Origin: Candidatus Thorarchaeota archaeon
GTDB taxonomy: Archaea > Asgardarchaeota > Thorarchaeia > Thorarchaeales > Thorarchaeaceae
Length of the DNA: 38,584 bases
NCBI GenBank assembly: GCA_048882485.1
Contig: JBHLRP010000030.1
Span: 1 to 38,584 of the forward strand
Direction of reading: 5' to 3'
Positions 1 through 9,810 of this stretch are shown here, piece by piece (position 1 is the stretch's first letter; each line of letters opens with the position of its first letter). The position numbers and the translations under genes were made by a program. Under the pieces are notes generated by a model. That model was not told where the DNA came from, did no database searches, and saw nothing but the letters and a program-made list of their open reading frames with translations.

Positions 1-1
1 T

Positions 2-115
2 GACATCTTGTCGCTTTCCTTCAGAGAAGTTGGGCACACACTCGATGATTTTCAAGAGATTCACCGGTGCCCGCTCGATACAGTGATGCACAAAAGCGTT
101 TGGGATGTTGTCTAA
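2..115 (+). CDS. Possible 3' end of a CDS entering from the left edge (…DILSLSFREVGHTLDDFQEIHRCPLDTVMHKSVWDVV*)
   Basis: Open frame from base 2 to TAA at 113-115, convergent on the GNAT gene; too short to identify. Confidence 0.3.
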   Translation, partial: DILSLSFREVGHTLDDFQEIHRCPLDTVMHKSVWDVV

Positions 116-174
116 GGACTATGAAACTTGAGTTAGCAATGCATGATTGACCCAATTGGGCAACAACAAATCAT

Positions 175-1227
175 TCATTTTCCTTTCAGAAAATCACCAA
201 GCTTCTCAGTATCAATTTGGAGATTGTATGTTTCGAGATGTAACTTGAAACCTAGACGCTCATTGATTGAAATCATAGGTGCATTAGAAGTGGCATTACT
301 GGTGGATATTGCCCTAATGTCAGGAAATTTCTCGCGAACTTTCAGAAGCATCGCTGCTTTTACCCACTTTCCTTTTCCATGACCACGGTATTTTTCATCG
401 ACTCCTGTTAGAATTTGAGTCAATAGTGGAGCCTTTGAGGGATGATAGAGAACATCCGTCATTCCAGAGATGTCCCCACTCTTCTCGCTTATTACCGCCT
501 TAAGCCAGGTTTCACCAGACTTCGCACAGGTTTCCTCATATTTCCTCACTAGCTCAGGAGTGTAGACCAAATCACCAACATCGAGTTCATCTAGAGGCAT
601 TTGGTTATACACTTCTGTATACTTTTCACAATAAGCTGCAAGAATCTCATCAGGTATAGATTCATAGAATTCAAGAAAGGCATCAGGCGATCTCTCTCCC
701 CCCTCGCGATTCCAGCTCTCAACCATCTTCCAGTCAACTTCATCCAAACTCAGACGATAAACACGCATCTCAAGAGCTTCCGTTCCTCCGATTTTATGAT
801 TCAGATCCCTACCTTCCTTGTCAGTGGTACTTCCAATTATGACACGTTTTTTGTGTTCCTTGGCAAACTCATAGACTCTTTTCAGTAGAGAGAGTCCAAT
901 TCCTTTCCGTCTATGTTCTTTAAGCACAGCCAAATTCACTCTGACCAGATGTTTGTTTCCAGGGTAGGAAGGAGAACTTTCTTTGAAAACAAACATCTGA
1001 AGCCACGCTATTATTTCACTAGAATCTTCCTTCAATGAAACCGAATAGCATTTGACGTCATTTTCGTCAAGAGATGCTCTAGCCCACTCTTCATACACGA
1101 AATCTTCTTCTACTGGATCCCCTGGAAAGACCTCTGAACTCCTCTTTCTACGATATCTGTGAAATTTGGCCCACTCTTCTTGGGAGGCACTTGCAGTGTC
1201 GAATGGCTGAATATCATAATCCTGCAT
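175..1227 (-). CDS. Tandem-domain GNAT family N-acetyltransferase
   Basis: Two acetyl-CoA motif A copies (VLKEHRRKGIG; TGVDEKYRGHGKG) and C-terminal NATSNAPMISINERLGF; GGTGAGAGGAG SD upstream. Confidence 0.85.
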   Translation of the reverse strand: MQDYDIQPFDTASASQEEWAKFHRYRRKRSSEVFPGDPVEEDFVYEEWARASLDENDVKCYSVSLKEDSSEIIAWLQMFVFKESSPSYPGNKHLVRVNLAVLKEHRRKGIGLSLLKRVYEFAKEHKKRVIIGSTTDKEGRDLNHKIGGTEALEMRVYRLSLDEVDWKMVESWNREGGERSPDAFLEFYESIPDEILAAYCEKYTEVYNQMPLDELDVGDLVYTPELVRKYEETCAKSGETWLKAVISEKSGDISGMTDVLYHPSKAPLLTQILTGVDEKYRGHGKGKWVKAAMLLKVREKFPDIRAISTSNATSNAPMISINERLGFKLHLETYNLQIDTEKLGDFLKGK

Positions 1228-1319
1228 GAATTACTCCTCACCTAAATCTATGTGAATAATCAGCCCAAGATGTGGAGTCAACTTTCTAATAAATCGTGAC
1301 AGATGATGTCATTTTGGAC

Positions 1320-2213
1320 TCACTTCGCCAAGGACGCTTGAGCAATGAAAGCATCAAGCACATTCTGTAGTAGCATTGTGATTGTCATAGGCCCCACACC
1401 ACCAGGCACAGGCGTAATGCAGAGTGCCTTCTCCTTCACCCTCTCGAACTCCACATCGCCATGTGGAGTCGAAACATCTATCACAACTGCACCTTCCTTT
1501 ACCATGTCAGACGTAATGAAGAAAGGATCATCCTCGGACTCCCTTCGTCCAATTGCACTCACGAGAACATCAGCCTGCCGCGTAAAGCTTGGTAGGTCCG
1601 CAGTTCGTGAATGACAAACGGTCACAGTTGCATTCCGATTCAGAAGGAGGAATATGAGCGGCTTCCCCACGATTGTGGACCTATTGATGATCACTACATG
1701 TTTTCCGGATAGGTCGCCCCATCCAATATGGTCCAACATTGTGACGATCCCATGGGGTGTCGCAGAACTCAGCTTCTCTCCTCCATAGAATAGTCTGTAG
1801 ATGTTTTGTGGTGAGAAACCATCTACATCCTTTAAAGGTTCTATTGCTCCAATGATTGCTTTCTCGTCAATATGCTTCGGCAAAGGCAATTGGACCAAGA
1901 TTCCGTGAACCTCAGAATCCTCATTGAGTTTCTTGATGAGAGCCAAGAGCTCCTCCTGAGTAGTACTCTCTGGCAAGTCATGATGGTCGGAAAGTATCCC
2001 GGCCTTGTTCGATGCTTTGTGTTTCATACGCACGTACATCTGGGAACCTGGATCTTCCCCCACAATGACTGTCACAAGCTTGGGTGCAATCCCATACTTG
2101 GTTGTGAGAGCCTCAACCTCAGCCGCCACTTTCTTCCGAATCCTATTGGAGAGTCTTCGGCCCTTTATCACATGGTCCTCACAGATTGGTTTCAGTTCGG
2201 TTTCATCTGACAT
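1320..2213 (-). CDS. folD: Bifunctional methylenetetrahydrofolate dehydrogenase/cyclohydrolase
   Basis: YVRMK, GILVQLPLP, KDVDG, RSTIVGKP, NATVTVCHSRT and ITPVPGGVGPMT motifs. Confidence 0.97.
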   Translation of the reverse strand: MSDETELKPICEDHVIKGRRLSNRIRKKVAAEVEALTTKYGIAPKLVTVIVGEDPGSQMYVRMKHKASNKAGILSDHHDLPESTTQEELLALIKKLNEDSEVHGILVQLPLPKHIDEKAIIGAIEPLKDVDGFSPQNIYRLFYGGEKLSSATPHGIVTMLDHIGWGDLSGKHVVIINRSTIVGKPLIFLLLNRNATVTVCHSRTADLPSFTRQADVLVSAIGRRESEDDPFFITSDMVKEGAVVIDVSTPHGDVEFERVKEKALCITPVPGGVGPMTITMLLQNVLDAFIAQASLAK

Positions 2214-2227
2214 ACTCCGACACCTCT

Positions 2228-3835
2228 TTAGAAGACTCCACTGATATTTCCATCCTCATCCACATCCATGCCAAATGCTGCAGGCTCTTCAGGCAAACCG
2301 GGCATTAGCCGGATATCACCCATGTAGATGACGATGAAACCAGCTCCATTACTAACATCAGCGCCAACTACCTCAACGTTAAATCCGGATGGTCTGCCTC
2401 TCAAGCTCTTCGCGTCTGACAGACTGAATTGGGTCTTTGCAATACAGATTGGGAGATTCCCATATCCGCGCTTTTCGAGCGAACGAATTCTTCCACGAGC
2501 ACCCGCTGTATAGTCTACATCATCTGCCCCGTAGATCTTTTGAGCTACCTTCAAAATCTTGGTCTTAGTCGGTTCCCGGAGATCGTACGTGTAGTTGATA
2601 CCACTGATTGGATTCTCCTTGATTGCTTGGATTACTGCCTCAGCGACAGGCTTTCCTCCATCGCTACCCTTGGCAAATACCTCAGAGACCTCCATCTTCC
2701 AACCTTTCTCCTGGCAGAACTTCCGAAGAAGGTCAATCTCGTCTTCAGTGTCGTCTGGGAATCGGTTCAGAGCGACAACTGCGGGGACCCCAAATCCGTT
2801 GATGTTCTCCATATGCTTCTCAAGATTTGGGAAGCCCTTCTCAAGATCATCCTTTCCGTGATACTTGAGTGCGCGAATTGTTGTTATAACCACACACGCA
2901 TCAACATTGAAATCACCGGCGCGAGTCACGATGTTGAAGAATTTCTCAGCCCCAAGATCTGCACCAAACCCAGCCTCGATTACTACATAGTCAAAGAGTC
3001 GTAAAGCTATGTCAGTTGCGATGATTGAGCTAGTCCCATGGGCAATGTTTGCGAAAGGCCCAGTATGAATGAATGCAGGTGTGCCTTCGATTGTTTGTAC
3101 CAGATTTGGTTTGAGCGCATCACGAAGTAGGACTGTCATTGCACCTTCAGCTTTCACATCCTTTGCGAACATCTCCTTGAGCTGCTCTGACCTTGCGATG
3201 AGAATTCTTCCAAGCCGCTCCTTCAAGTCCTTGTAGTCTTTTGAGAGACCTAGAATGGCCATCACCTCTGAAGCTGAAGTGATGACAAATGTGTCCTCCC
3301 TCGGGAATCCATCATATCTTCCACCCAGACCTACTATCACCTTCCTTAGAGCGCGGTCATTCATGTCTAGATTCCGCGGCCAATAGGTGCGTCTCACATC
3401 AATCTCTGGTTGGTGATCGTGATGTATGTAATTGTCTATCATTGCGGAGAGAAGATTACCTGCTGCGGAAACTGCCGGAAAGTCAGCTGTAAACATTAGA
3501 TTGATCTGCTCGAATGGCAATACTCTGGACTTGCCGCCTCCAGCTGCACCACCCTTCACTCCGAACACTGGTCCGAGTGAGGGCTCCCTCAGAGTCACGA
3601 CAGCTTTGTGTCCTAATGCATTAAGAGCCATTGAAAGGCCAATTGAGTTTGTCGTCTTTCCCTCTCCTGCTGGCGTTGGATTGGTTGCAGTAACAAGAAT
3701 CAATTTGCCTTTCCTGTCGCCCAACTCCTTCCTAAATTTCAGGTCAATCTTCGCCATGTAATTTCCGTACGGCTCTATGTATTTCTCAGGGATACCTGCC
3801 TGTTTGGCAATCTCAGATATGTGAATCATCTTCAT
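2228..3835 (-). CDS. fhs: Formate--tetrahydrofolate ligase (start moved to ATG 3835)
   Basis: TPAGEGKTT, LREPSLGPVFGVKGGAAGGG, HTGPFANIAHG, EAGFGADLGAEKF, CIAKTQFSLSD, MPGLP; AGGTG just upstream of ATG 3835; 14 bp upstream of folD. Confidence 0.97.
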   Translation of the reverse strand: MKMIHISEIAKQAGIPEKYIEPYGNYMAKIDLKFRKELGDRKGKLILVTATNPTPAGEGKTTNSIGLSMALNALGHKAVVTLREPSLGPVFGVKGGAAGGGKSRVLPFEQINLMFTADFPAVSAAGNLLSAMIDNYIHHDHQPEIDVRRTYWPRNLDMNDRALRKVIVGLGGRYDGFPREDTFVITSASEVMAILGLSKDYKDLKERLGRILIARSEQLKEMFAKDVKAEGAMTVLLRDALKPNLVQTIEGTPAFIHTGPFANIAHGTSSIIATDIALRLFDYVVIEAGFGADLGAEKFFNIVTRAGDFNVDACVVITTIRALKYHGKDDLEKGFPNLEKHMENINGFGVPAVVALNRFPDDTEDEIDLLRKFCQEKGWKMEVSEVFAKGSDGGKPVAEAVIQAIKENPISGINYTYDLREPTKTKILKVAQKIYGADDVDYTAGARGRIRSLEKRGYGNLPICIAKTQFSLSDAKSLRGRPSGFNVEVVGADVSNGAGFIVIYMGDIRLMPGLPEEPAAFGMDVDEDGNISGVF

Positions 3836-3996
3836 GCACCTAAAACCTGCAATCCTGCGGTGATTCACCAATTGTTCTCACTGATAAACCAAACTCTATG
3901 GCCGATTCGATGCAAAAGATGCACTTGTTAGGAAGACTATTCGAAATGCGGGGCCTTGCTTGAATTGCCACCTTTACATAGGAAGATGCATGCATT

Positions 3997-5211
3997 GTGT
4001 GCATGACTGGAAAGAGGATATTCGCGGGATGGCTCCTGATTCCACTTCTGCTGTTTGCGACAGCATTAGCTAATTCTACAATATGTGCATCTGCTCAAAT
4101 GACAAGAGACTATTGGCCCACGGATGATTGGAGGACAAGCACTCCAGCAGAGCAAGGAGTCAATAGCTCACGGCTGGAGGAGGCGGCACAGTATATCGTT
4201 GACTCCGGAGCGCGAGTGAGAAGCATGCTTATTGTACACAACGGCTATCTGATCTTTGAACGATACTTCACTCCAAGTCTCTATGACGTGGATGACACCC
4301 ACATCATCTATTCCTGCACCAAGAGTGTCACTTCCAATCTAATTGGAATTGCAATTGACAAGGGCTACATTGACAATACCAGCCAATTGCTAGTAGACTT
4401 CTTTCCTGACATATACATCGATAACCTCGACTCAAGAAAGGAGTCCATAACTCTGGAAAATGTGCTTACAATGACCTCTGGTCTGCAATGGGATGAGGAG
4501 AGATACGATGAGCCAAATGACTACTTTGGAATGACGGGCTCAGAGAATTGGGTTCAGTATGTATTGAACAAGACCATGGTAGCAGACCCCGGTACAACTT
4601 TCTACTACAACACCGGAGGATCCCACTTACTCTCAGCAATTATCAACAGAACAACTGGCATGTCCACCTTAGCTTTCGCCATTGAAAATCTCTTTGAGCC
4701 CTTGGGCATAACAACGCATCCTTGGCCAGTTGATCCTCAGGGAATCCATTTTGGAGGATCAGCATTGGCACTCAGACCTCGAGACATGGCTAAGTTTGGA
4801 TATCTCTATCTGAACAACGGCATATGGGACGGGGATCAGATTGTTTCGTCAGATTGGGTTGCGACCTCCAGGTACGAGCATGTTCCAATATACGGTGGTA
4901 CATTCAGCTATGGCTATCAGTGGTGGATCAATTCGCCTAGTGGCTATTATTGTGCAAGGGGGTATCAAGGCCAGTTCATCTTTGTTGCTCCTGAGGAGGA
5001 CCTTGTTGTGGTCTTCAGCTCAGATATGGATGATATCTACATCTCAACGGATTATCTTGTAACAGACTACATTGTCCCTGCAGTCCAAGACGATATAGTT
5101 CCACACGGCTCTGATCTACTGTCTGCAGTCCTAGTTTCTGTCGGTATAGTTGGCTCTGCAGTCTTTTTGGTTCTTGTCGCATATACTTTGAAGCGAAGAG
5201 CGCATCCTTGA
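3997..5211 (+). CDS. Secreted, C-terminally membrane-anchored serine hydrolase (beta-lactamase class C / 6-aminohexanoate-dimer hydrolase family)
   Basis: SxxK (SCTKS), YxN-type FYYN, LLTM-like VLTMTSG, YGYQWW, ARGYQGQ; N-terminal signal peptide and C-terminal hydrophobic helix followed by KRR. Confidence 0.85.
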   Translation: MCMTGKRIFAGWLLIPLLLFATALANSTICASAQMTRDYWPTDDWRTSTPAEQGVNSSRLEEAAQYIVDSGARVRSMLIVHNGYLIFERYFTPSLYDVDDTHIIYSCTKSVTSNLIGIAIDKGYIDNTSQLLVDFFPDIYIDNLDSRKESITLENVLTMTSGLQWDEERYDEPNDYFGMTGSENWVQYVLNKTMVADPGTTFYYNTGGSHLLSAIINRTTGMSTLAFAIENLFEPLGITTHPWPVDPQGIHFGGSALALRPRDMAKFGYLYLNNGIWDGDQIVSSDWVATSRYEHVPIYGGTFSYGYQWWINSPSGYYCARGYQGQFIFVAPEEDLVVVFSSDMDDIYISTDYLVTDYIVPAVQDDIVPHGSDLLSAVLVSVGIVGSAVFLVLVAYTLKRRAHP

Positions 5212-5279
5212 TTCATCTTTCATCCTAAGGCCAAAAGGACATAAGACGGGGTTTGCTCCACTCCCTGTGGCTGATAATC

Positions 5280-6584
5280 ATGGATAGAATGCCCTTGGAA
5301 GCAGAACCTGAAGCGCTCCCGGATTCGATTGATGTTGAAAAACATGTGATTTGCACCTACTACACGAGATTGCCCCCATTTCTAGATGTTAGAGAATTGG
5401 CAAGAGGGGCGGCTGTTGAACAGAGCACAGGTACTTGGACACTTGTTCCAGGAGAAACTCCTGCAGTAAGAAAGAGGCATGTAGCCAAAGTCATTGGCAT
5501 CTACGAAGCTCCGCAGTATGAGTTTAGCCTCCCAAGTGATTTAGATAGGCGGCATTACATCATTCAGATAGCATTTCCTTGGGAGAACTTTGGCCAGCAG
5601 ATACCGATGCTGCTTTCCACTGTGATAGGTAACATCTCCTTGGGACCCATCAAGTGTCTGGACATGAGATTCCCGAAGAGCTGGCTGAAGGGTTTCAAGG
5701 GCCCAAAGTTTGGGATAAAGGGGCTTAGAAAACTTCTTGGAATAAAGAAGCGGCCATTTGTCAACAACATGATCAAGCCATGTGTGTACACATCTGCAAA
5801 AATGGGTGCAGACCTCTGCTATCAGGCTGCACTCGGAGGTGCAGACATAATCAAGGATGATGAGCTTCTTGCAGATGCAAGCTTCAATACACTGGAGGAG
5901 AGAATTCCGCTCTTCATGGAAGCCATCGACCGTGCTGACTCTGAGAAGGGTGAGAAGACGCTTCTTACAATTAATATCACGGATAGTGTGCCCAAGCTGT
6001 TTGAAAATGCAGAGAGAGCCATAGAGCTTGGGACTAATGGTCTTATGATCAACTTCTTGGCAGTGGGCTATTCAGCGTTTCGATACGTGTGTGAAGACCC
6101 GTCAATCAATGTCCCGGTCCTAGCGCATATGGACATAACAGGTGCAATGTCATATGCTCCAAACATCGGCATAGGAACGAACATCGTAATTGGAAAACTT
6201 CCACGTATATGCGGCTCTGACATCACTGTATTCCCAGCACCATACGGAAAAGCCCCAATGCTCAAGGAGAGGTTTCTGAGAATGGCGCACGAGATGGTGA
6301 TGCCGTTACATCACATTGAACAAACAGCTCCTATGCCAAGCGGCGGAATCAGCCCGGGTCATGTTGACGAAGTGATTGACGATTTGGGCCCGGACATTGT
6401 CATTGGAACGGGAGCAGGTATCCATGCGCATCCAGATGGCCCAACAGCAGGTGCCAGGGCGTTCAGACAGGCAATCGGTGCCAAAATGAACGGTATATCA
6501 CTCAAGAAAGCGGCAGCTGAGCATGAAGAATTGAAGAAAGCCATGGACTCATGGGGCACTGGCAAGACTGGCTTTGACCTATAG
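5280..6584 (+). CDS. RuBisCO-like protein (form IV RLP); start probably ATG 5280 or 5289
   Basis: EQSTGTW, GPKFGIKGLR, IKP, GGADIIKDDE, YGK, SGG, HPDGPTAGARAFRQA; carboxylase-specific positions are substituted (IKPC rather than IKPK, HMD rather than HRA). Confidence 0.92.
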   Translation: MDRMPLEAEPEALPDSIDVEKHVICTYYTRLPPFLDVRELARGAAVEQSTGTWTLVPGETPAVRKRHVAKVIGIYEAPQYEFSLPSDLDRRHYIIQIAFPWENFGQQIPMLLSTVIGNISLGPIKCLDMRFPKSWLKGFKGPKFGIKGLRKLLGIKKRPFVNNMIKPCVYTSAKMGADLCYQAALGGADIIKDDELLADASFNTLEERIPLFMEAIDRADSEKGEKTLLTINITDSVPKLFENAERAIELGTNGLMINFLAVGYSAFRYVCEDPSINVPVLAHMDITGAMSYAPNIGIGTNIVIGKLPRICGSDITVFPAPYGKAPMLKERFLRMAHEMVMPLHHIEQTAPMPSGGISPGHVDEVIDDLGPDIVIGTGAGIHAHPDGPTAGARAFRQAIGAKMNGISLKKAAAEHEELKKAMDSWGTGKTGFDL

Positions 6585-6620
6585 ACAGCCATGATTGACT
6601 CGAAGGCTGAAAGAGGAGAT

Positions 6621-7676
6621 ATGCTAATGGTCGACCTTTCTGAACCAATCGATATTGGAAAAGTACAAGTGAAGAATCGCTTTGTCCTACCCCCAATGGT
6701 GCGAAACCTCTGCACTGAGGATGGCAGAGTCACTGAAGAGGCAGTAGAACATTATGCAGCAATAAGCAAGGGCGGAATGGGGCTCATCATCGTCGAGGCT
6801 GCAGCGATAACATGGGAACACCGTATATTGAGTAGGAATGTAGGGATATACGACGATAATCTCATTCCAGGTCTCAAGAAGCTCGCAGATGGGATCAAAA
6901 CTCATGGTGCGAGTGCCTTTATTCAGATAAATCATTCAGGGCCGAAAGCACATTTCCAGAAGCGATTTGTTGGACCTTCGAACATACCTGTGATAAAGAA
7001 CAAGATACCCGAACCCCTATCTGTTGAAGAGATCGAGGATATTAGAGAAATGTTTGTCGACGCCGCCAGACGGGCGCAATTAGCAGGCTTTGATGGGGTA
7101 GAGGTCCATGGAGCACACTTCTATTTGTTGAGTGCATTTCTCTCATCATACACGAATAGAAGAGAGGACGAATATGGCGGCTCAACAAGGAACAAAGCGA
7201 AGTTCACCGTTGATGTCATTCAGAGAATTCGAGAAGAACTAGGGGAATATCCAATCATTCTTCGAATCAATGGGATTGAGAATGTTGTAGATGGAATCAC
7301 CCTTGAGGAAGGTATAGAGATCTCTAGGATTGCAGAGAAGGCAGGAATTGATGCATTGCATGTTTCTTGTGTCGTCGATGCGACCTATAATCCAGGAATT
7401 CCACCAATATTTACCGAAGCAACGATGCCAGAATTTCTAAAGGGATATCCGTATGACTGCTGCATTCCCGTGGCACGTGAAATCAAACCACATGTAGGAG
7501 TCCCTGTAATAGGAGTGGGCATGGTCAGAGATCCTCAGTTTGCTCGAAGAGTCATGATGGAAGACAACTGTGACCTTTTGGGTGTGGGTCGCGCTCTATT
7601 GGGAGATTCTGAGTTCGTAAATAAGACGCTCGAGGGAAGAGACAACGAGATAATACCATGGAAGGATACTGAGTAA
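6621..7676 (+). CDS. NADH:flavin oxidoreductase (Old Yellow Enzyme family); start probably ATG 6621 or 6627
   Basis: KNRFVLPPM, GLIIVE, QINHSG, AGFDGVEVHGAHFYL, NRREDEYGGS, GR near the C-terminus; GAGGAG SD before 6621; no Fe-S/FAD extension. Confidence 0.92.
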   Translation: MLMVDLSEPIDIGKVQVKNRFVLPPMVRNLCTEDGRVTEEAVEHYAAISKGGMGLIIVEAAAITWEHRILSRNVGIYDDNLIPGLKKLADGIKTHGASAFIQINHSGPKAHFQKRFVGPSNIPVIKNKIPEPLSVEEIEDIREMFVDAARRAQLAGFDGVEVHGAHFYLLSAFLSSYTNRREDEYGGSTRNKAKFTVDVIQRIREELGEYPIILRINGIENVVDGITLEEGIEISRIAEKAGIDALHVSCVVDATYNPGIPPIFTEATMPEFLKGYPYDCCIPVAREIKPHVGVPVIGVGMVRDPQFARRVMMEDNCDLLGVGRALLGDSEFVNKTLEGRDNEIIPWKDTE

Positions 7677-7723
7677 AGCGCCATCGGGCAGTCTTATTAG
7701 CTCTGAAACTCTAGTGAGCAGAC

Positions 7724-8722
7724 ATGAGTCTTGAGGAGTTCATCAATGAGGAAGTGCTTGAATGGCTCTTGGAAGAGGAGAATCCAAGTGTGAGATATTG
7801 GGCGCTTCAGCAACTTCAAGATAAGCCAAGTTCAGACACAGAAGTAATAGAAGCACAAAAGCAAGTCATGCAGTCAGAGTGTGTAAAGTCGATTCTTGCG
7901 GCTCAGACCGACGACTACTTTTGGGGAAACCCAGATGACATGTATAATCCAAAATACAGGGGAGCTACACATAGTCTTCTCATTCTAGCAGAACTCGGCG
8001 CAGAAAGAGCACCAGAGATTGAGATTGCTATAGAGCACCTATTTCTTTTCCAACGTGACTCTGGTCACTTTCTCGGAGACCTGCCCAAGACTGCAAAGGG
8101 AAAGGCCAGTGTTGTAAAGGATGGTTGCTGTCTTGATGGGAACATCCTATACTACTTGCTGCACTTCGGATATCTTGAAGACACTCGAGTTCAGCGACTA
8201 ATCGACTTCCAAGTGGACTACTATGATGACACAAACGGTGGATGGAAGTGTAGGGCGTTTCCTATTGACCCATCGAAGGTGTTCCTAGTGAATTGCTTCA
8301 TGGGCAGAGTAAAGATGCTTCGAGGGCTCTCTTCCATTCCAGAGAAAGCAAGATCAAAAGAGATGAGTGCAATCATTGACAAGGAGATAGAAGTCATACT
8401 TGAGAATGAGGTCTACAAATATCTAAAGAATTCAGATGGAACTAGAAAGGAAAAGGCAGGGTGGAAGCGCTTTGGGTTCCCACTCTTCTATCAGTCAGAC
8501 ATGCTTGAAGTCTTGGATGTCCTTACCGTTTTAGGAGTCAAAGACAAGCGGATGCAGCATGCAATCAATTACCTGACCGAAACACGAGGGAAAGATGGCA
8601 AGTGGCTACTCAAGAACAGCTACAATGGGAAGATGCTGTGCGATATTGATGTCAAGGGACAGTCATCCAAATGGATAACCCTTCGTGCACTCAGAGTTCT
8701 CCGTCGATTCCTGGGGCCATAG
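7724..8722 (+). CDS. Alpha/alpha-barrel (prenyltransferase/squalene-cyclase-repeat-like) conserved hypothetical protein
   Basis: WLLEEENPSVRY, Q-x-x-D/G-x-W-like repeats (QTDDYFW, QRDSGHF, NGGWKC, DGKWLL), FGFPLFYQSDMLE, SKWITLRALRVL. Confidence 0.7.
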   Translation: MSLEEFINEEVLEWLLEEENPSVRYWALQQLQDKPSSDTEVIEAQKQVMQSECVKSILAAQTDDYFWGNPDDMYNPKYRGATHSLLILAELGAERAPEIEIAIEHLFLFQRDSGHFLGDLPKTAKGKASVVKDGCCLDGNILYYLLHFGYLEDTRVQRLIDFQVDYYDDTNGGWKCRAFPIDPSKVFLVNCFMGRVKMLRGLSSIPEKARSKEMSAIIDKEIEVILENEVYKYLKNSDGTRKEKAGWKRFGFPLFYQSDMLEVLDVLTVLGVKDKRMQHAINYLTETRGKDGKWLLKNSYNGKMLCDIDVKGQSSKWITLRALRVLRRFLGP

Positions 8723-8766
8723 AAAAGCAGCAGCAAAAAGAAATGGATGGGGCAGACAGTGCCCCA
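8721..8766 (-). terminator. Hairpin plus U-rich tract between convergent genes
   Basis: TGGGGCA(8748-8754)-GACAG-TGCCCCA(8760-8766) perfect 7-bp stem, followed on the minus strand by TTTCTTTTT. Confidence 0.55.
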
Positions 8767-8774
8767 AATTCACT

Positions 8775-9725
8775 CTACCACCACTCCTGTTCTGCTACTC
8801 CAATTCTGGACCGCAAATCCTTGTATAGCACGGCTTGGAAGACATTGGTTATGGGACCCACAAACAACAAGGAAAGATAGGTGCCAATAGTCATAGCAAT
8901 CGTTGGATCAGAAAGATAGAGCGCTATGACACCAAACGATAGAGCTCCGCCGATGAGCAGTGTGACTATCCCAAGGAGAAGGCTCGCTCCAAGAACATGC
9001 CAGAAATTACCACCAGTCAGATCCCATGCCCGCTTAATCGAATCAATCGCGGAGAGATCTTCAGCATTCACAACACCGGTGGTCACTGTAAGCCTGACTG
9101 CTATGAAGAAGACCAGTATGAAGCACACAAGGAGTATTGGTAAGAGTGCTGCGAGTACTGCGAGAGATGCATACGGATCGAGGGGATTAAACGTGATAAG
9201 TGCGCCAAATGCCCAGAAAATGACAGGCGACGTGATTGCAAGAATGATGAGTGAAATAACAAGCTGTGTAAGGATTAGTGTGAGAGCTCGCCCCAATGCA
9301 TGAGAGAAGCTTTCACCAATCTCACCTGCCTCGCGATTCCCGTAGTTATCAAGTGCATACTTCACACCAGCTCCATTGATTATGGCGAGAAAGACGGTGT
9401 TGATTATGCCAATTAACACAATGTAGAAAATGACAATTCCAGTAGGACCCAGAAGTCCTAAGAAACTCATCAGCAGTGAGATGGGATCAAAGCCGGTGAC
9501 GCCGGGATAGTAATCATAGCCAGCCGCTCCAAAAATAAGCACAAAAAAGGCCAGTCAAAGAATGCCAATTATAACGCTAGGGAGCCCGACCATGACTATG
9601 TAAGCGCCAATCCGACGGATGTAGACGCTGATTGTCCTGGACACAATCTCACCCGCACCGGCTTGGAAGTTGGCGGATGGTTGCTGAGGTTCTTCATCGA
9701 TACCAGGACCAGAACCAATTTCCAT
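8775..9725 (-). pseudogene. Polytopic membrane protein (GDPD-membrane-domain-like) interrupted by a single in-frame TGA at 9555-9557
   Basis: ORFs 9555..9896 and 8775..9542 share a frame and are separated only by TGA plus 4 sense codons (VIIGIL*LAFFVLIF); AGGAGG SD before ATG 9725; AIDSIKRAWDLTGGNFW motif and LYKDLR tail. Confidence 0.7.
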
Positions 9726-9810
9726 ATTGAAAACTCCTCCTAGAGTTGGACTACAGGCTAATGCATTATTAAAGCAATCGACCAATTGATGGGTTTCCTG
9801 CCCCCTTTTT

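Noticed and set aside
3997-5211. Beta-lactam resistance gene
   Set aside because: The SxxK fold is shared by many esterases and amidases; nothing here is specific for beta-lactamase activity.
5280-6584. Carboxylating form III RuBisCO
   Set aside because: K177, R295 and H327 equivalents are substituted, which indicates form IV.
7724-8722. Nitrogenase NifH (a label sometimes attached to this family) or true squalene cyclase
   Set aside because: No P-loop or NifH Cys motifs; single barrel with no DxDD motif.
9555-9557. Selenoprotein or genome-wide TGA reassignment
   Set aside because: The codon is mid-TM helix with no redox motif or visible SECIS, and TGA terminates many well-defined genes here (folD, glmM, bshA, trmI).
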